A stretch of 54,846 bases of DNA from an uncultured Bdellovibrionales bacterium (GTDB lineage: Bacteria > Patescibacteriota > Minisyncoccia > Moranbacterales > DUUL01): NCBI GenBank assembly GCA_964346295.1, contig CAYFUG010000006.1, forward strand, positions 1-54,846, given 5' to 3'. The position numbers were made by a program, and so were the translations under genes. The notes under the pieces were generated by a model. It was not told the origin of the DNA. It was given only the letters and a program-made list of their open reading frames with translations, and searched no databases. Positions 17,601 through 26,800 of the stretch are shown one piece after another. Every line of letters begins with the position of its first letter. Position 1 is the stretch's first letter.

Positions 17601-18450
17601 CACCATCCAATTTCCCGATGATGACGACACCCTCTGGTGTAGAACCCCCGGAACCATCACCCCCACCACCACCAACCTCCGAAACTCTGCCACCCCCTTA
17701 CCGGGAACTCCCAGCGCTTCTTGCACCCAAGGCTCCGGAGCCGATAGCTACGACACTATCACCATCTCCAACCTCGACAATCTCACTCCCACCACTCACT
17801 ACGCTATCCGGCTAGAAGAAAACACCGCTCAACTGGGAACTCCCTCTACTGCCACCAACGGCATCATCAATCTCTACACCAATGATGGAACAGAAAATGT
17901 AGAATCCAAAATGATCGATGTCTACATTCTTAACCCCAATACCATCCAAGTCACCGGAAGAGTAGAACCTACTATTACTTTCAACATTGCCAACGATCAA
18001 GTAGGCTTTGGACCAATCACCGCTAGCAATATTCGTTACGCTAACCCTACTCAAACTGGCTCTGACGCTCTCACCACCGCTACCACCCTTACTCTCTCCA
18101 CCAACGCCGATGACGGAGCTATCATAGAAATTAAAGATCTTAATAACGGCCTTCATAACCCTGCTGCCAGTACTACTCTTACCAGTCAAGCTAGTACTAA
18201 CCTTACGGCCGGAACCGAAGGCTTTTCTATCCATGGCCAAAATCCCACTAGCCTCATCATCGCTGAAGGTTTTGACCATGACTCTACCGCTGACCAAGCC
18301 ATCACCACCACCTACCAATCTCTAGCAGAATCTACCGGACCAGTAGAATCCGCTCAAGTAGAACTAGTCTGTCAAACCGCTATCTCTGGCCTTACTCCTG
18401 CCGGAGACTACCAAGACACCCTAACCTTGTTAGCAACCGGAAGGTTTTAG
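14608..18450 (+). CDS. Large secreted Gly-rich / Thr-rich cell-surface protein (1280 aa)
   Basis: Signal peptide (KVTLALFVTGAGFVLSPDKIQA), two Gly-rich modules (GYGPGGGSYA.GRGGGAGYGGNGG...), a long T/S/P/N-rich region and a C-terminal beta-rich domain ending AGDYQDTLTLLATGRF. Confidence 0.85.
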   Translation: MKTKTFYTTFTKVTLALFVTGAGFVLSPDKIQAAFLCDSGSLSTTCYVSSVQTLADTETISGSGNLIIQNGGELTTAYNSTNHHYDSFVIDISGDLTVQDGGKITGNVDITADNVTIEGDGGNGGGRIDVSYKGYKEGGTRGNGYGPGGGSYAKGRGGGAGYGGNGGNTYYGGAGTSYGILSEPNDLGSGGGASANGSGGSGGGMIKLVVGGTLNLEGSILADGENGNISGGRGSGGGSGGSIWINAGEIQGNGMMSADGGSGGDTGNNYAGGGGAGGRIAIYFNNDNSSLTKKVYSGVNEGYQYGGSGTIYEKDKSQLYGDLIIDNNGNSGAITPITSDISINNYSQGENTQVDIENGVTFTFYGTNLVIPYGATLNNYATFNAASLSNVEINGIFNLKGAYSSNWGNVTINNGGILTHGANTDTKQYFIDLTMDNLIINTGGQINVSEKGYAGGGSQKDGYGPGGGSYAMGRGGGAGYGGNGGDGRYGRGGSSYGVLSEPNDLGSGGGGSHYRSGGTGGGMIKLVVGGTLNLEGSILANGNNGIYYNSRGSGGGSGGSVWIDTGTLQGNGTISVNGGMGGETSGGGGSGGRLRLGAVTNNFTGTYTVDGGTGYQNGEQGTIYGMMSRVTSIADQSAIFDELNLTGDTGSLLGTPNKVEILITDTTNNTYWNGSSWVSTEPADWPDVSGTFSWSYNGITQSNMTNGHTYNIKTKMTDEHTTEQPTSGVTFSYTNGIKDYRPENGITQVDLPTDTGQVSFPNYIHTTIWDSDQYTDLSTSLTNNDGTTIIDGTTVANGFQLLTGATPSGFQATQFQQATGAPSSYLTFFDQNQNHSLQITANTRLYSADTFNGAYIPARDLGTIQVNGINTSAAFRAGQAGQSLLFSAPAKITLNSINGIPYYSTDSSTWNQINQCADGSSTTPPSTLSFPSACYIQTDQTYIWTYHLTDFGVVANSSFLGAADYLSSTMELQTSGTTHEIHFQTAEGLTGGSANNTLTIQFPDDDDTLWCRTPGTITPTTTNLRNSATPLPGTPSASCTQGSGADSYDTITISNLDNLTPTTHYAIRLEENTAQLGTPSTATNGIINLYTNDGTENVESKMIDVYILNPNTIQVTGRVEPTITFNIANDQVGFGPITASNIRYANPTQTGSDALTTATTLTLSTNADDGAIIEIKDLNNGLHNPAASTTLTSQASTNLTAGTEGFSIHGQNPTSLIIAEGFDHDSTADQAITTTYQSLAESTGPVESAQVELVCQTAISGLTPAGDYQDTLTLLATGRF
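15037..15400 (+). repeat. Intragenic duplication, module 1 of the Gly-rich surface protein
   Basis: Aligns with 15991..16357 at an offset of 954 nt (318 codons). Several 24-31-nt blocks are identical, for example GGTTATGGTCCAGGTGGGGGTAGCTACGCTA and GGAGGAATGATTAAGTTGGTCGTTGGAGG. Confidence 0.85.
15991..16357 (+). repeat. Intragenic duplication, module 2 of the Gly-rich surface protein
   Basis: See 15037..15400. Confidence 0.85.
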
Positions 18451-18702
18451 GCTATAATCCATATCCATAGCCCATAATTTGTAGGATAGGTAATAGATGG
18501 CAGGTTGTAATCCCTGGATTAGCTCTCAGCCTCTAGATTATCCTAGACCAAAGGCCTTTTAGATTAGTTTGTGACCGGGGAGATTTTAAAAGACACCTTT
18601 CTCCTAAATCTTTTATGTCCGTGATCTGTGATTCTAACGGTAATTTAATAAAACCCTTTTTATTTGGGGTAGTAAGGTAAATGGTTTGTTGTTAAAAAAA
18701 AC

Positions 18703-18730
18703 TTGACAATTTTGAATTTTTAATTACAAT
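18703..18730 (+). promoter_or_regulatory. Promoter candidate: TTGACA, 16-nt spacer, TACAAT
   Basis: Consensus -35 and a good -10, but located 560 nt upstream of rpoB. This implies a long leader or an unannotated transcript. Confidence 0.35.
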
Positions 18731-19290
18731 AGTTTTTAGAAAATAGTTTTAAGAACTACCTGGCAACTAATGAAAGATTTTAGCAATCCCATTTTTTGCT
18801 TGGTAGGAAAATTGAGATAAACTTTACTGATTTTGATGATTAAAAGTAAGCGGTTTTTCTTCTAGGCGGGTTTTGCTGAACCAGTTTTTTGCTGGTTATT
18901 TTTTGTTGCCGCTTCTTTAGGGTTAGAAGGTCAATTTTAGGCCTTAGGAAGGGAGACGAGCTTCGCTGGTTATGTCTTAGGGAGCTCTCTAGCAACTTAC
19001 TTGGAAGCCTAAATCGTAGCTGTTGCAATTTTGGGAAAAAGGATGTTTTCTGCCGGGAAGGCTTATTCTCGGCTTTGTCTTGTTGTTTTTTGGGAGCCTT
19101 TGGGTTAATATCTGCCTCCATAACTTGTCTTGAGTTTGTTTTAATTCACTGGGGAAATTCAGCTTTACCCAGGGAGCTCTGTTGGATCTCTTTATTATTG
19201 TTCTTGATTCGTGGTTGCCTACTAGTCTCTCGTTTTTTATTTTTTTTATTATTTATAAATATATCTAAGCCTTAGCTCTCCTTTACTCTT

Positions 19291-22200
19291 ATGAACAACG
19301 CTCCTAAAGAATTGGTGGTAAAATCTCGCTTCGGATCCAAGTCCAGTCTTTCTAGTCGAAAATTTTTTCGTCGGCAATCCTTGGTTTCCTTGCCTAATTT
19401 GATCGAGCCTCAAATTATTTCTTACAATTGGTTTATGGAAAGAGGCCTTAAGGAATTACTTCAAGAAATTTCTCCGGTAACTGATTTTACGGGGAAAGAA
19501 CTAGAGGTTAGCTTCGGAGATTATTACTTAGATGATCCTAAATATGATGAAGTAACCGCTAAAGAGAAAAATGTTTCTTATGATGCTCCTTTGAGAGTGC
19601 AGGCCAATTTGCTAATTAAGAAAACAGGAGAAGTCAGAGAGCAGGAGATTTTTTTAGCTGATTTTCCCTTGATCACCGATCGAGGAACCTTTATTATCAA
19701 TGGCGTAGAAAGAGTGGTGGTTTCTCAGTTAATTCGGAGCCCAGGAGCTTTTTTCGCTATGGATTATCAGCGAGGAAAGAAATTGTTTGGCTCTAAAGTG
19801 ATTCCTCATCGAGGAGCCTGGCTGGAGATAGAAACAGACTTTAATGGTGCTATTTGGGTGAAGATTGACCGAAAAAGAAAAGTTCCCGTTACTTCTTTGT
19901 TGAGAATTTTTGGCTTAGAAAGTGATAAACAAATTAAGCAGGCCTTTGCTGGAGTAGACTCAGGGGAGACTTCTTATATAGAGGAGACTTTAGCCAAGGA
20001 TCCGGCTAAAACTACCGGTGAGGCTTACAGAGAAGTTTATAAACGACTACGACCGGGGGATTTAGCTACCGAAGAGAACGCTCGGCAAATGATCGACAGC
20101 ACTTTTTTTAGTTTTGAGCGCTATGATTTCGGTAGAGTAGGTCGTCATCGATTGAATTTTCGGCTGGGGCTTAATCGTTCCGAAGAAGATGAGCGGTGTC
20201 GAGTACTAGGGCAAGAAGAATTGCTAGCAATTATCGGAGAAATTATTAAATTAAATAATGATCCTACTGCCCAGCCGGATGATATTGACCACTTGGGAAG
20301 TCGCCGATTGAGAGGAGTGGGGGAGTTAGTGCAAAACAAAGTTAGAGTGGGATTGGCCCGGATGGTCAGAAATATCCGAGATCGGATGAGTACTTGCGAT
20401 GTAGCAACCGTGGTGCATGGACAGATCATCAACCCTCGTCCAGTAGCTGCTTCTATTAAGGAATTTTTTTCTTCTTCGCAGCTTTCTCAGTTTATGGACC
20501 AGGTTAATCCTTTAGCAGAACTAGAACATAAGCGTCGATTGAGCGCGATGGGGCCCGGAGGACTAACTCGAGAGCGAGCTGGATTTGAAGTGAGGGATGT
20601 TCACACTTCTCACTACGGAAGAATTTGTCCGGTGCAAACTCCAGAGGGACCTAATATTGGATTAATCGGGCATTTGGCTTGTTATACTCGTATCAACGAG
20701 TATGGTTTTCTGGAAACTCCCTATAGAAAGGTAAAGAAGCAAGTTGATCTCCGAGAGAGCCAGGATTTGGTGGGGCGAATTTTAAAAGAGAACATCAAGG
20801 ATTCCAAAGGAAGCGTTATTCTAGAGAAGTTTCATCAAATTAGTAATTCAGACTTAGAACTTCTCAAGAATGCCGTTAAACAAAAGGTCAAGGTAGCACC
20901 GTTTGCTACTAATGAAATTGAATATTTAAATGCGATTGAAGAAGAGGGGAAGAACATTGCTCATGCTGGCATTGAGTTAGATAAATTTGACAATATCGTA
21001 GAAGAGGTGATTGCAGCTCGAGTGAAGGGCGAGGCCTCGGAGGTGGAGGTTGAAAATGTCGATCATGTGGATGTTTCTGTTAAGCAATGCATTTCAGTGG
21101 CCACTGGATTGATTCCTTTTTTGGAGCACGATGACGCCAACCGAGCTTTGATGGGTTCTAATATGCAACGTCAGGCAGTTTCTTGTATTACTCCCCAGGC
21201 TCCTTTCGTAGGAACTGGTCTAGAGGATAAGGCGGCTGGGGATTCCGGACAGGTGGTTTTGGCTAAGGCGGATGGAGAAGTAGTTGAAGTCGACGCCAAT
21301 CAGATTGTTGTTAAAGAAAAGCCTACTGGCAAAGCAAAGAGATCCCAGAGAAGAACTTATCGTCTACAAAGCTTTGAGAAATCCAATGCCTTCACCAGCA
21401 TGAACCAAGTTCCTCGAGTAGATAAAGGTCAGGAGGTAAAGAAAGGCGATTTATTGGCAGACGGAGCTTCTACCGAAAATGGGGAGCTGGCTTTGGGCCA
21501 AAATGTATTGGTGGCTTTTATGCCTTGGGAGGGTTACAACTATGAGGACGCTATTATTATTTCCGAAAAATTAGTTCAGGATGACCGTTATAGTTCTATT
21601 CATATTGAAGACTTTTCGGTAGACGTTCGAGAGACTAAATTAGGGCCGGAGGTAGTTACTCGAGATATTCCTAATATTGGAGAAGATCGCTTGCGAAATT
21701 TAGACGAAACAGGAATTGTTCGAATTGGAGCGGAGCTCTCTTCTAAGGATATCATGGTTGGTAAAGTTACTTTAAAGGGAGAGGGAGAGCTAACTGCCGA
21801 AGAAAAGTTGCTTCGAGCAATCTTTGGAGAGAAAGCCCGAGATGTGAAAGACACTTCTTTGTATTTACCTCATGGTAAGAGCGGAAAAGTAGTGGATATT
21901 AAAATTTTCTCCAGAGAACAAGGCGACAAGCTTCCGGCGGGAGTAATTCAGAGAATCCAAATTTCCATCGCTAAGTTACGCAAAATTTCCGTGGGAGATA
22001 AGTTGGCGGGACGACATGGAAACAAAGGGGTAATTTCTAAAATCGCGGCGATGGAAGATATGCCTTATCTTCCTGGTGGAACTCCAGTTGAATTAATCCT
22101 AACTCCTTTGGGAGTACCTTCTCGAATGAACATTGGTCAAATTTTTGAAACTCATTTAGGTTGGGCGGCTGGTACCTTGGGTTACCGAGCGGCCTCTCCT

Positions 22201-22677
22201 TCTTTAGGTGGAGTTACAGAAGAACAAATTAAGCAAGAGCTCAGAAAGGCAGGCTTGCCAGAAGACGGAAAGGTTCAATTAACCAATGGAAAGACTGGGA
22301 AATTCTTTGACGACAAGACCACTGTGGGATATATGTATGTGATGAAACTTAATCACTTAGTAGAAGATAAGATTCACATGCGCTCAATTGGTCCTTATTC
22401 CCTAATTACGCAACAGCCCTTGGGTGGAAAAGCTCAATTTGGCGGCCAACGCTTCGGAGAGATGGAAGTTTGGGCGCTGGAGGGTTATGGCGCGGCTCAT
22501 ACTCTTCAAGAAATGCTGACTATTAAATCGGATGATGTGTTAGGAAGAAGCAAGGCCTACGAAGCAATCATTAAAGGTGAATCAATTAAGCCCCCTAATT
22601 TGCCGGCCTCTTTCCATGTTTTGATCAATGAATTAAAGGCGCTGGCCTTAGAGGTTAACCTAGTTGAAAGGACTTGA
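19291..22677 (+). CDS. rpoB: DNA-directed RNA polymerase subunit beta
   Basis: 1128 aa with hallmark blocks FIINGVERVVVSQL, GPGGLTRERAGFEVRDVH, NMQRQAV, GRHGNKGV and FGEMEVWALEGYGAA. Confidence 0.98.
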   Translation: MNNAPKELVVKSRFGSKSSLSSRKFFRRQSLVSLPNLIEPQIISYNWFMERGLKELLQEISPVTDFTGKELEVSFGDYYLDDPKYDEVTAKEKNVSYDAPLRVQANLLIKKTGEVREQEIFLADFPLITDRGTFIINGVERVVVSQLIRSPGAFFAMDYQRGKKLFGSKVIPHRGAWLEIETDFNGAIWVKIDRKRKVPVTSLLRIFGLESDKQIKQAFAGVDSGETSYIEETLAKDPAKTTGEAYREVYKRLRPGDLATEENARQMIDSTFFSFERYDFGRVGRHRLNFRLGLNRSEEDERCRVLGQEELLAIIGEIIKLNNDPTAQPDDIDHLGSRRLRGVGELVQNKVRVGLARMVRNIRDRMSTCDVATVVHGQIINPRPVAASIKEFFSSSQLSQFMDQVNPLAELEHKRRLSAMGPGGLTRERAGFEVRDVHTSHYGRICPVQTPEGPNIGLIGHLACYTRINEYGFLETPYRKVKKQVDLRESQDLVGRILKENIKDSKGSVILEKFHQISNSDLELLKNAVKQKVKVAPFATNEIEYLNAIEEEGKNIAHAGIELDKFDNIVEEVIAARVKGEASEVEVENVDHVDVSVKQCISVATGLIPFLEHDDANRALMGSNMQRQAVSCITPQAPFVGTGLEDKAAGDSGQVVLAKADGEVVEVDANQIVVKEKPTGKAKRSQRRTYRLQSFEKSNAFTSMNQVPRVDKGQEVKKGDLLADGASTENGELALGQNVLVAFMPWEGYNYEDAIIISEKLVQDDRYSSIHIEDFSVDVRETKLGPEVVTRDIPNIGEDRLRNLDETGIVRIGAELSSKDIMVGKVTLKGEGELTAEEKLLRAIFGEKARDVKDTSLYLPHGKSGKVVDIKIFSREQGDKLPAGVIQRIQISIAKLRKISVGDKLAGRHGNKGVISKIAAMEDMPYLPGGTPVELILTPLGVPSRMNIGQIFETHLGWAAGTLGYRAASPSLGGVTEEQIKQELRKAGLPEDGKVQLTNGKTGKFFDDKTTVGYMYVMKLNHLVEDKIHMRSIGPYSLITQQPLGGKAQFGGQRFGEMEVWALEGYGAAHTLQEMLTIKSDDVLGRSKAYEAIIKGESIKPPNLPASFHVLINELKALALEVNLVERT

Positions 22678-22773
22678 ATTAAGCCAGGGGAGTGATTTAT
22701 CGTGCCTCTCTTTCGGTAACTTAAAGAGCTAGATTAGATTAGCTTCAGATTCTTAAATTTTACTTCAAGTACT

Positions 22774-23739
22774 ATGAATGAGAAAAAAAGATTAATCGAT
22801 GTGGGAGATTTATTGGAAAATTCCTTTCGGATGTACAAAAAGTACTTTCGGATATTTTTGATTGCGGTGGTGGTTTCCTTTGTAGTTAATATGGGAATGA
22901 TTTTTTTTCAATCTCATCTCCAAGAGCGCTTTCAAAAGGAATTTTTGGGTAATCTAGGATTAAGTGAGGCGGAGATTTCTACAGTGAAAGAGGTTTATCA
23001 ACAAGGAGGGGACTGGGAAAATCTTAACGAAGAACAAAAGGAGAAATTAGTTACTGCTATTGGTTCGAATTTCGAAGGAGAGAACCCCCGAGATGTTTTT
23101 AAGGAAACCCTTGCTTCTTTGGGAACTTCGATTATTTTACCGAGTCTGGGGGTAGGGCTGTTGGCTGGACTCATTGTTGCTTTAGTTAATATCGGAATTA
23201 TATTTGCTATCAAGCGAATTGAAAAAGGAAAAATTGTTTCTTTTGAATCCGTCTTTGTTTCCTTTAAAGGCAATTTTTGGTCTTTGTTGTGGGTATTGTT
23301 TCTTAATGTGATACTAGTAATTCTTTGGAGCCTGTTATTAATTATCCCGGGTATTATTATGAGCATCTATTATTCTCTCTCTTTGTACACATTGATATTT
23401 GAGGATAAAAAGGGGATGGAAGCCTTAAGGGAAAGTAAAGCCTTAATCCAGGGTTACTGGTGGGGAGTTCTGGGAAGATATTTGTTTTTGGGTTTACTTG
23501 TAGCAATTACGATGATGGTGTTATCGGCAGTGATCGCCTTGTTATTGTCACTGGGATTCGTTGGTGGTTCCAATTTTAATTTCGAAATCAATCTCGTGAT
23601 GCAAGTATTAGCTAGTTTCTTGGCTCCGTTTTATGTTATTTACCCTTACTTTATTTATAAAGATCTAACGCGAATTAAAAAGCCCTCTTATCAGGAGGCA
23701 GGCGATCAGCCAACCATTGAGCAGCCAGTTGAAATTTAA
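22774..23739 (+). CDS. DUF975-like polytopic membrane protein inserted between rpoB and rpoC
   Basis: 321 aa with at least five hydrophobic spans. The stretch IIPGIIMSIYYSLSLYTLIFEDKKGMEALRESKALIQGYWW resembles the DUF975-type core by eye. Confidence 0.65.
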   Translation: MNEKKRLIDVGDLLENSFRMYKKYFRIFLIAVVVSFVVNMGMIFFQSHLQERFQKEFLGNLGLSEAEISTVKEVYQQGGDWENLNEEQKEKLVTAIGSNFEGENPRDVFKETLASLGTSIILPSLGVGLLAGLIVALVNIGIIFAIKRIEKGKIVSFESVFVSFKGNFWSLLWVLFLNVILVILWSLLLIIPGIIMSIYYSLSLYTLIFEDKKGMEALRESKALIQGYWWGVLGRYLFLGLLVAITMMVLSAVIALLLSLGFVGGSNFNFEINLVMQVLASFLAPFYVIYPYFIYKDLTRIKKPSYQEAGDQPTIEQPVEI

Positions 23740-23813
23740 ACTACTTAGTTGATTTTTTGAGGATATTTTTATCAATTTCTATATAACTTCAATCTCTTAA
23801 ATACTCTACTTCC

Positions 23814-26800
23814 ATGCTAGAAAACACTACTAAAATTTCTGACTTTGACGCTATCCAGCTTAAAATTGCTTCTCCGGAGAGGATCTTGCAATGGTCTTAC
23901 GGAGAAGTGTTGCGGCCGGAGACCATTAATTATCGTACTCAGCGCTTTGAAAAAGATGGCCTTTTTTGTGAGAAAATTTTTGGTCCTGCCAAAGACTGGG
24001 AGTGTTATTGTGGGAAGTACAAGAGAATTCGTTACAAGGGTATTATTTGTGATAAATGTGGAGTAGAAGTTACTCGTTCGATTGTTCGAAGAGAAAGAAT
24101 GGGGCATATTGCCTTGGCAGTGTCAGTTTCGCACATTTGGTTTTTACGAGGAATTCCTTCTCGAATTGGTTTGGCGTTAGATATGTCTTTGCAGCAATTA
24201 GAGAAGGTTATCTATTTTGCTAGTTATATTGTGATAAGTGTAGATGATGAGGCTCGAAAGGCCGCCTTAGAAGACCTCAAAAAGGAATATGAGGCCTCCG
24301 CAAAGGAGGCGGTCGGGAAGCAAAAAGAGGAAGTCAAGGCGGTTTATCAGGCTAACAAGGAATTACTTAAGAATCTCCAAAAGAAAACTATTCTTTCTGA
24401 GTTGGATTATTACAATATTTCTCGTAAGTTCGGGCATGTTTTTACCGCGGCCATTGGAGCGGAGGCAGTCGAGCAAGTCTTGAGGGAGGTTGATCCAGGA
24501 GAGGAGATCACTAAAATCAAAGAAGCCTTAGAATCGGGGGAAAGCGTTGATCGAAAGCGCCTCTTTAAGCGCCTCAAGCTCTTGGCAGGATTTCAGCGAA
24601 GCGGTATTCGTCCCGAGTGGATGATGTTGCGAGTAATCCCGGTCATTCCTCCTGATCTTCGTCCCATGGTTCAATTGAACGGAGGACGTTTTGCCACTTC
24701 TGATTTGAACGATCTTTATCGGAGAATTATTAATCGCAATAATCGCCTTAAGAAGCTAATTGAGCTAGGGGCACCGGAGGTTATTCAGCGAAATGAAAAG
24801 CGAATGCTTCAAGAAGCGGTGGATGCTTTGCTGGACAACAGTTCTCGGCGTAATCAGGTGCAGGTGGCGGCTTCTACTGGTCAGCGTCGAGCTCTGAAAT
24901 CGGTAGCGGATATGTTAAAAGGAAAGCATGGGCGTTTTCGACAAAACCTTTTAGGGAAAAGGGTGGATTATTCCGGTCGAAGCGTGATTGTTATTGGACC
25001 GCAGCTTCAACTTCACCAGTGCGGAATTCCTAAAAAGATGGCCCTGGAGCTTTTTAAGCCTTTTATTATCAATAAACTAATCGAAAAGGAGTTTGCTCAC
25101 AATGTTCGGACGGCTGGCCGAATAGTAGACAGTGAAAAAGAAGAGGCTTATGAAATGTTAGATGAAATTATTGATCATCACTATGTATTACTAAACCGAG
25201 CTCCTACCTTACATCGACTTTCCATTCAGGCTTTCCAACCAGTTTTGATTGAAGGAAAGGCTTTGCAGATTCACCCCATGGTTTGTCCGGCTTTTAATGC
25301 TGATTTCGATGGTGACCAGATGGCGGTGCATGTTCCTCTCACAGCTAAATCTCGTGAAGAAAGCGCTGAGATCATGCTTTCTAGCAGAAATCTTCTGAAG
25401 CCTTCTAGTGGAGAGCCAATCACTACTCCTAGCCAGGACATTGTATTGGGAATTTATTACATGACTACTATCAAGAGTAACCTCAAGGGAGAGGGTATGA
25501 TTTTTGATTCTCTACAATCCTTAATCGGAGCCTATCAAATGGAAACGGTTAATTTGCGCTCTAAGATTATTTTGTACTATAAAGGAGAAAAATTTGAGAC
25601 TTCTGCCGGAAGAGCTCTCCTGAACGATGTTCTTCCTTTAGAGATGCGGTATGTCAACCAGCAAATGACTAAGACCGAGCTCAAGCAACTAGTAAATGCT
25701 TTCATCCAAAAAAGAGGAAGTTTTGAGGCGGCGGGATTTGTTAATAAACTGAAAGATTTAGGTTTTCGATATGTAACTCAGTCGGGAATCAGTCTGGGAA
25801 TGGACGACTTCCGGGAGCCTGACTCCAAAGAGGATATTTTATTAGCGGCCGATGAAAAGGTGGCTGAGGTTCATGAACAATTTGAAATGGGACTTCTTAC
25901 TGACTCCGAGCGACGCACCCAAATTATTGAGATTTGGAACGAAACCAAGAATGAAATTGCCGGAGAGGTGACTAAGGTAATTGATGTAGAGGGACCGGTT
26001 TATGCCATGGTTAATTCCAAAGCTCGAGGCTCAGAGGCGGTAGTAGTTCAGGTAGCGGGAATGAAGGGGTTAGTGGCGGGACCTACCGGGGAAACCATTG
26101 AATTACCTATCAAAGGTTCTTTTAAGAAGGGCTATAATGTATTGGAATATTTCATTTCTACCCACGGTGCTCGAAAAGGAATGGCTGATACTGCGCTAAG
26201 AACTGCTACTGCGGGCTATCTTACTCGACGTTTAGTAGATGTTTGTCAGGATGTGGTAGTCAGGGAGGATGATTGTGGTGACGAAGAAGGGGTTTATATT
26301 TATCGAGAAGATTCTGATTACATTGGCCAGGAGTTTGCTTCTAGAGTAGAAGGTCGAGTGGTGGTAGACGCTGTAATTAACCCTCAAACTGGTGAAGAAC
26401 TGGTGGCTTCAGGAGGGCTAGTGGAAGCCGATCAAGCTATCGTTATTGAGGAAAGTGGCGTGGAGCGAGTAAAAATTAGAAGCTTAGTAACTTGTCGAAC
26501 CATTCGGGGAGTTTGCCAGAAATGTTACGGTAAAGATTTAGGAAGAAACGAAACTATAAATGTGGGTCAGGCAGTGGGAATTGTGGCTGCTCAGGCAATT
26601 GGGGAGCCGGGAACTCAGTTGACCATGCGGACCTTTCATATCGGAGGGGTGGCGGGAACAGATATCACCCAGGGTCTACCCCGTGTTCAAGAGATTTTTG
26701 AAGCTCAAACTCCTAAAGCGGAGGCGGTAGTAGCGGAGTTTGACGGGGTGGTAGAGGAGATCCGAGAAAACCGGAAACAGAAAATTATTCGCATTCAACG

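Noticed and set aside
16858-18318. Long minus-strand ORFs (128 and 168 aa) and short plus-strand ORFs inside the 3' part of the surface gene
   Set aside because: They are explained by the C-rich, stop-poor composition of this segment. The 1280-aa frame is continuous and has a signal peptide.
18840-19275. Mutually overlapping ORFs 18840..19121 (-) and 18889..19275 (+) upstream of rpoB
   Set aside because: They overlap each other almost completely on opposite strands, lack convincing ribosome-binding sites, and encode very basic or Cys/Leu-rich low-complexity peptides. I treated the region as non-coding.
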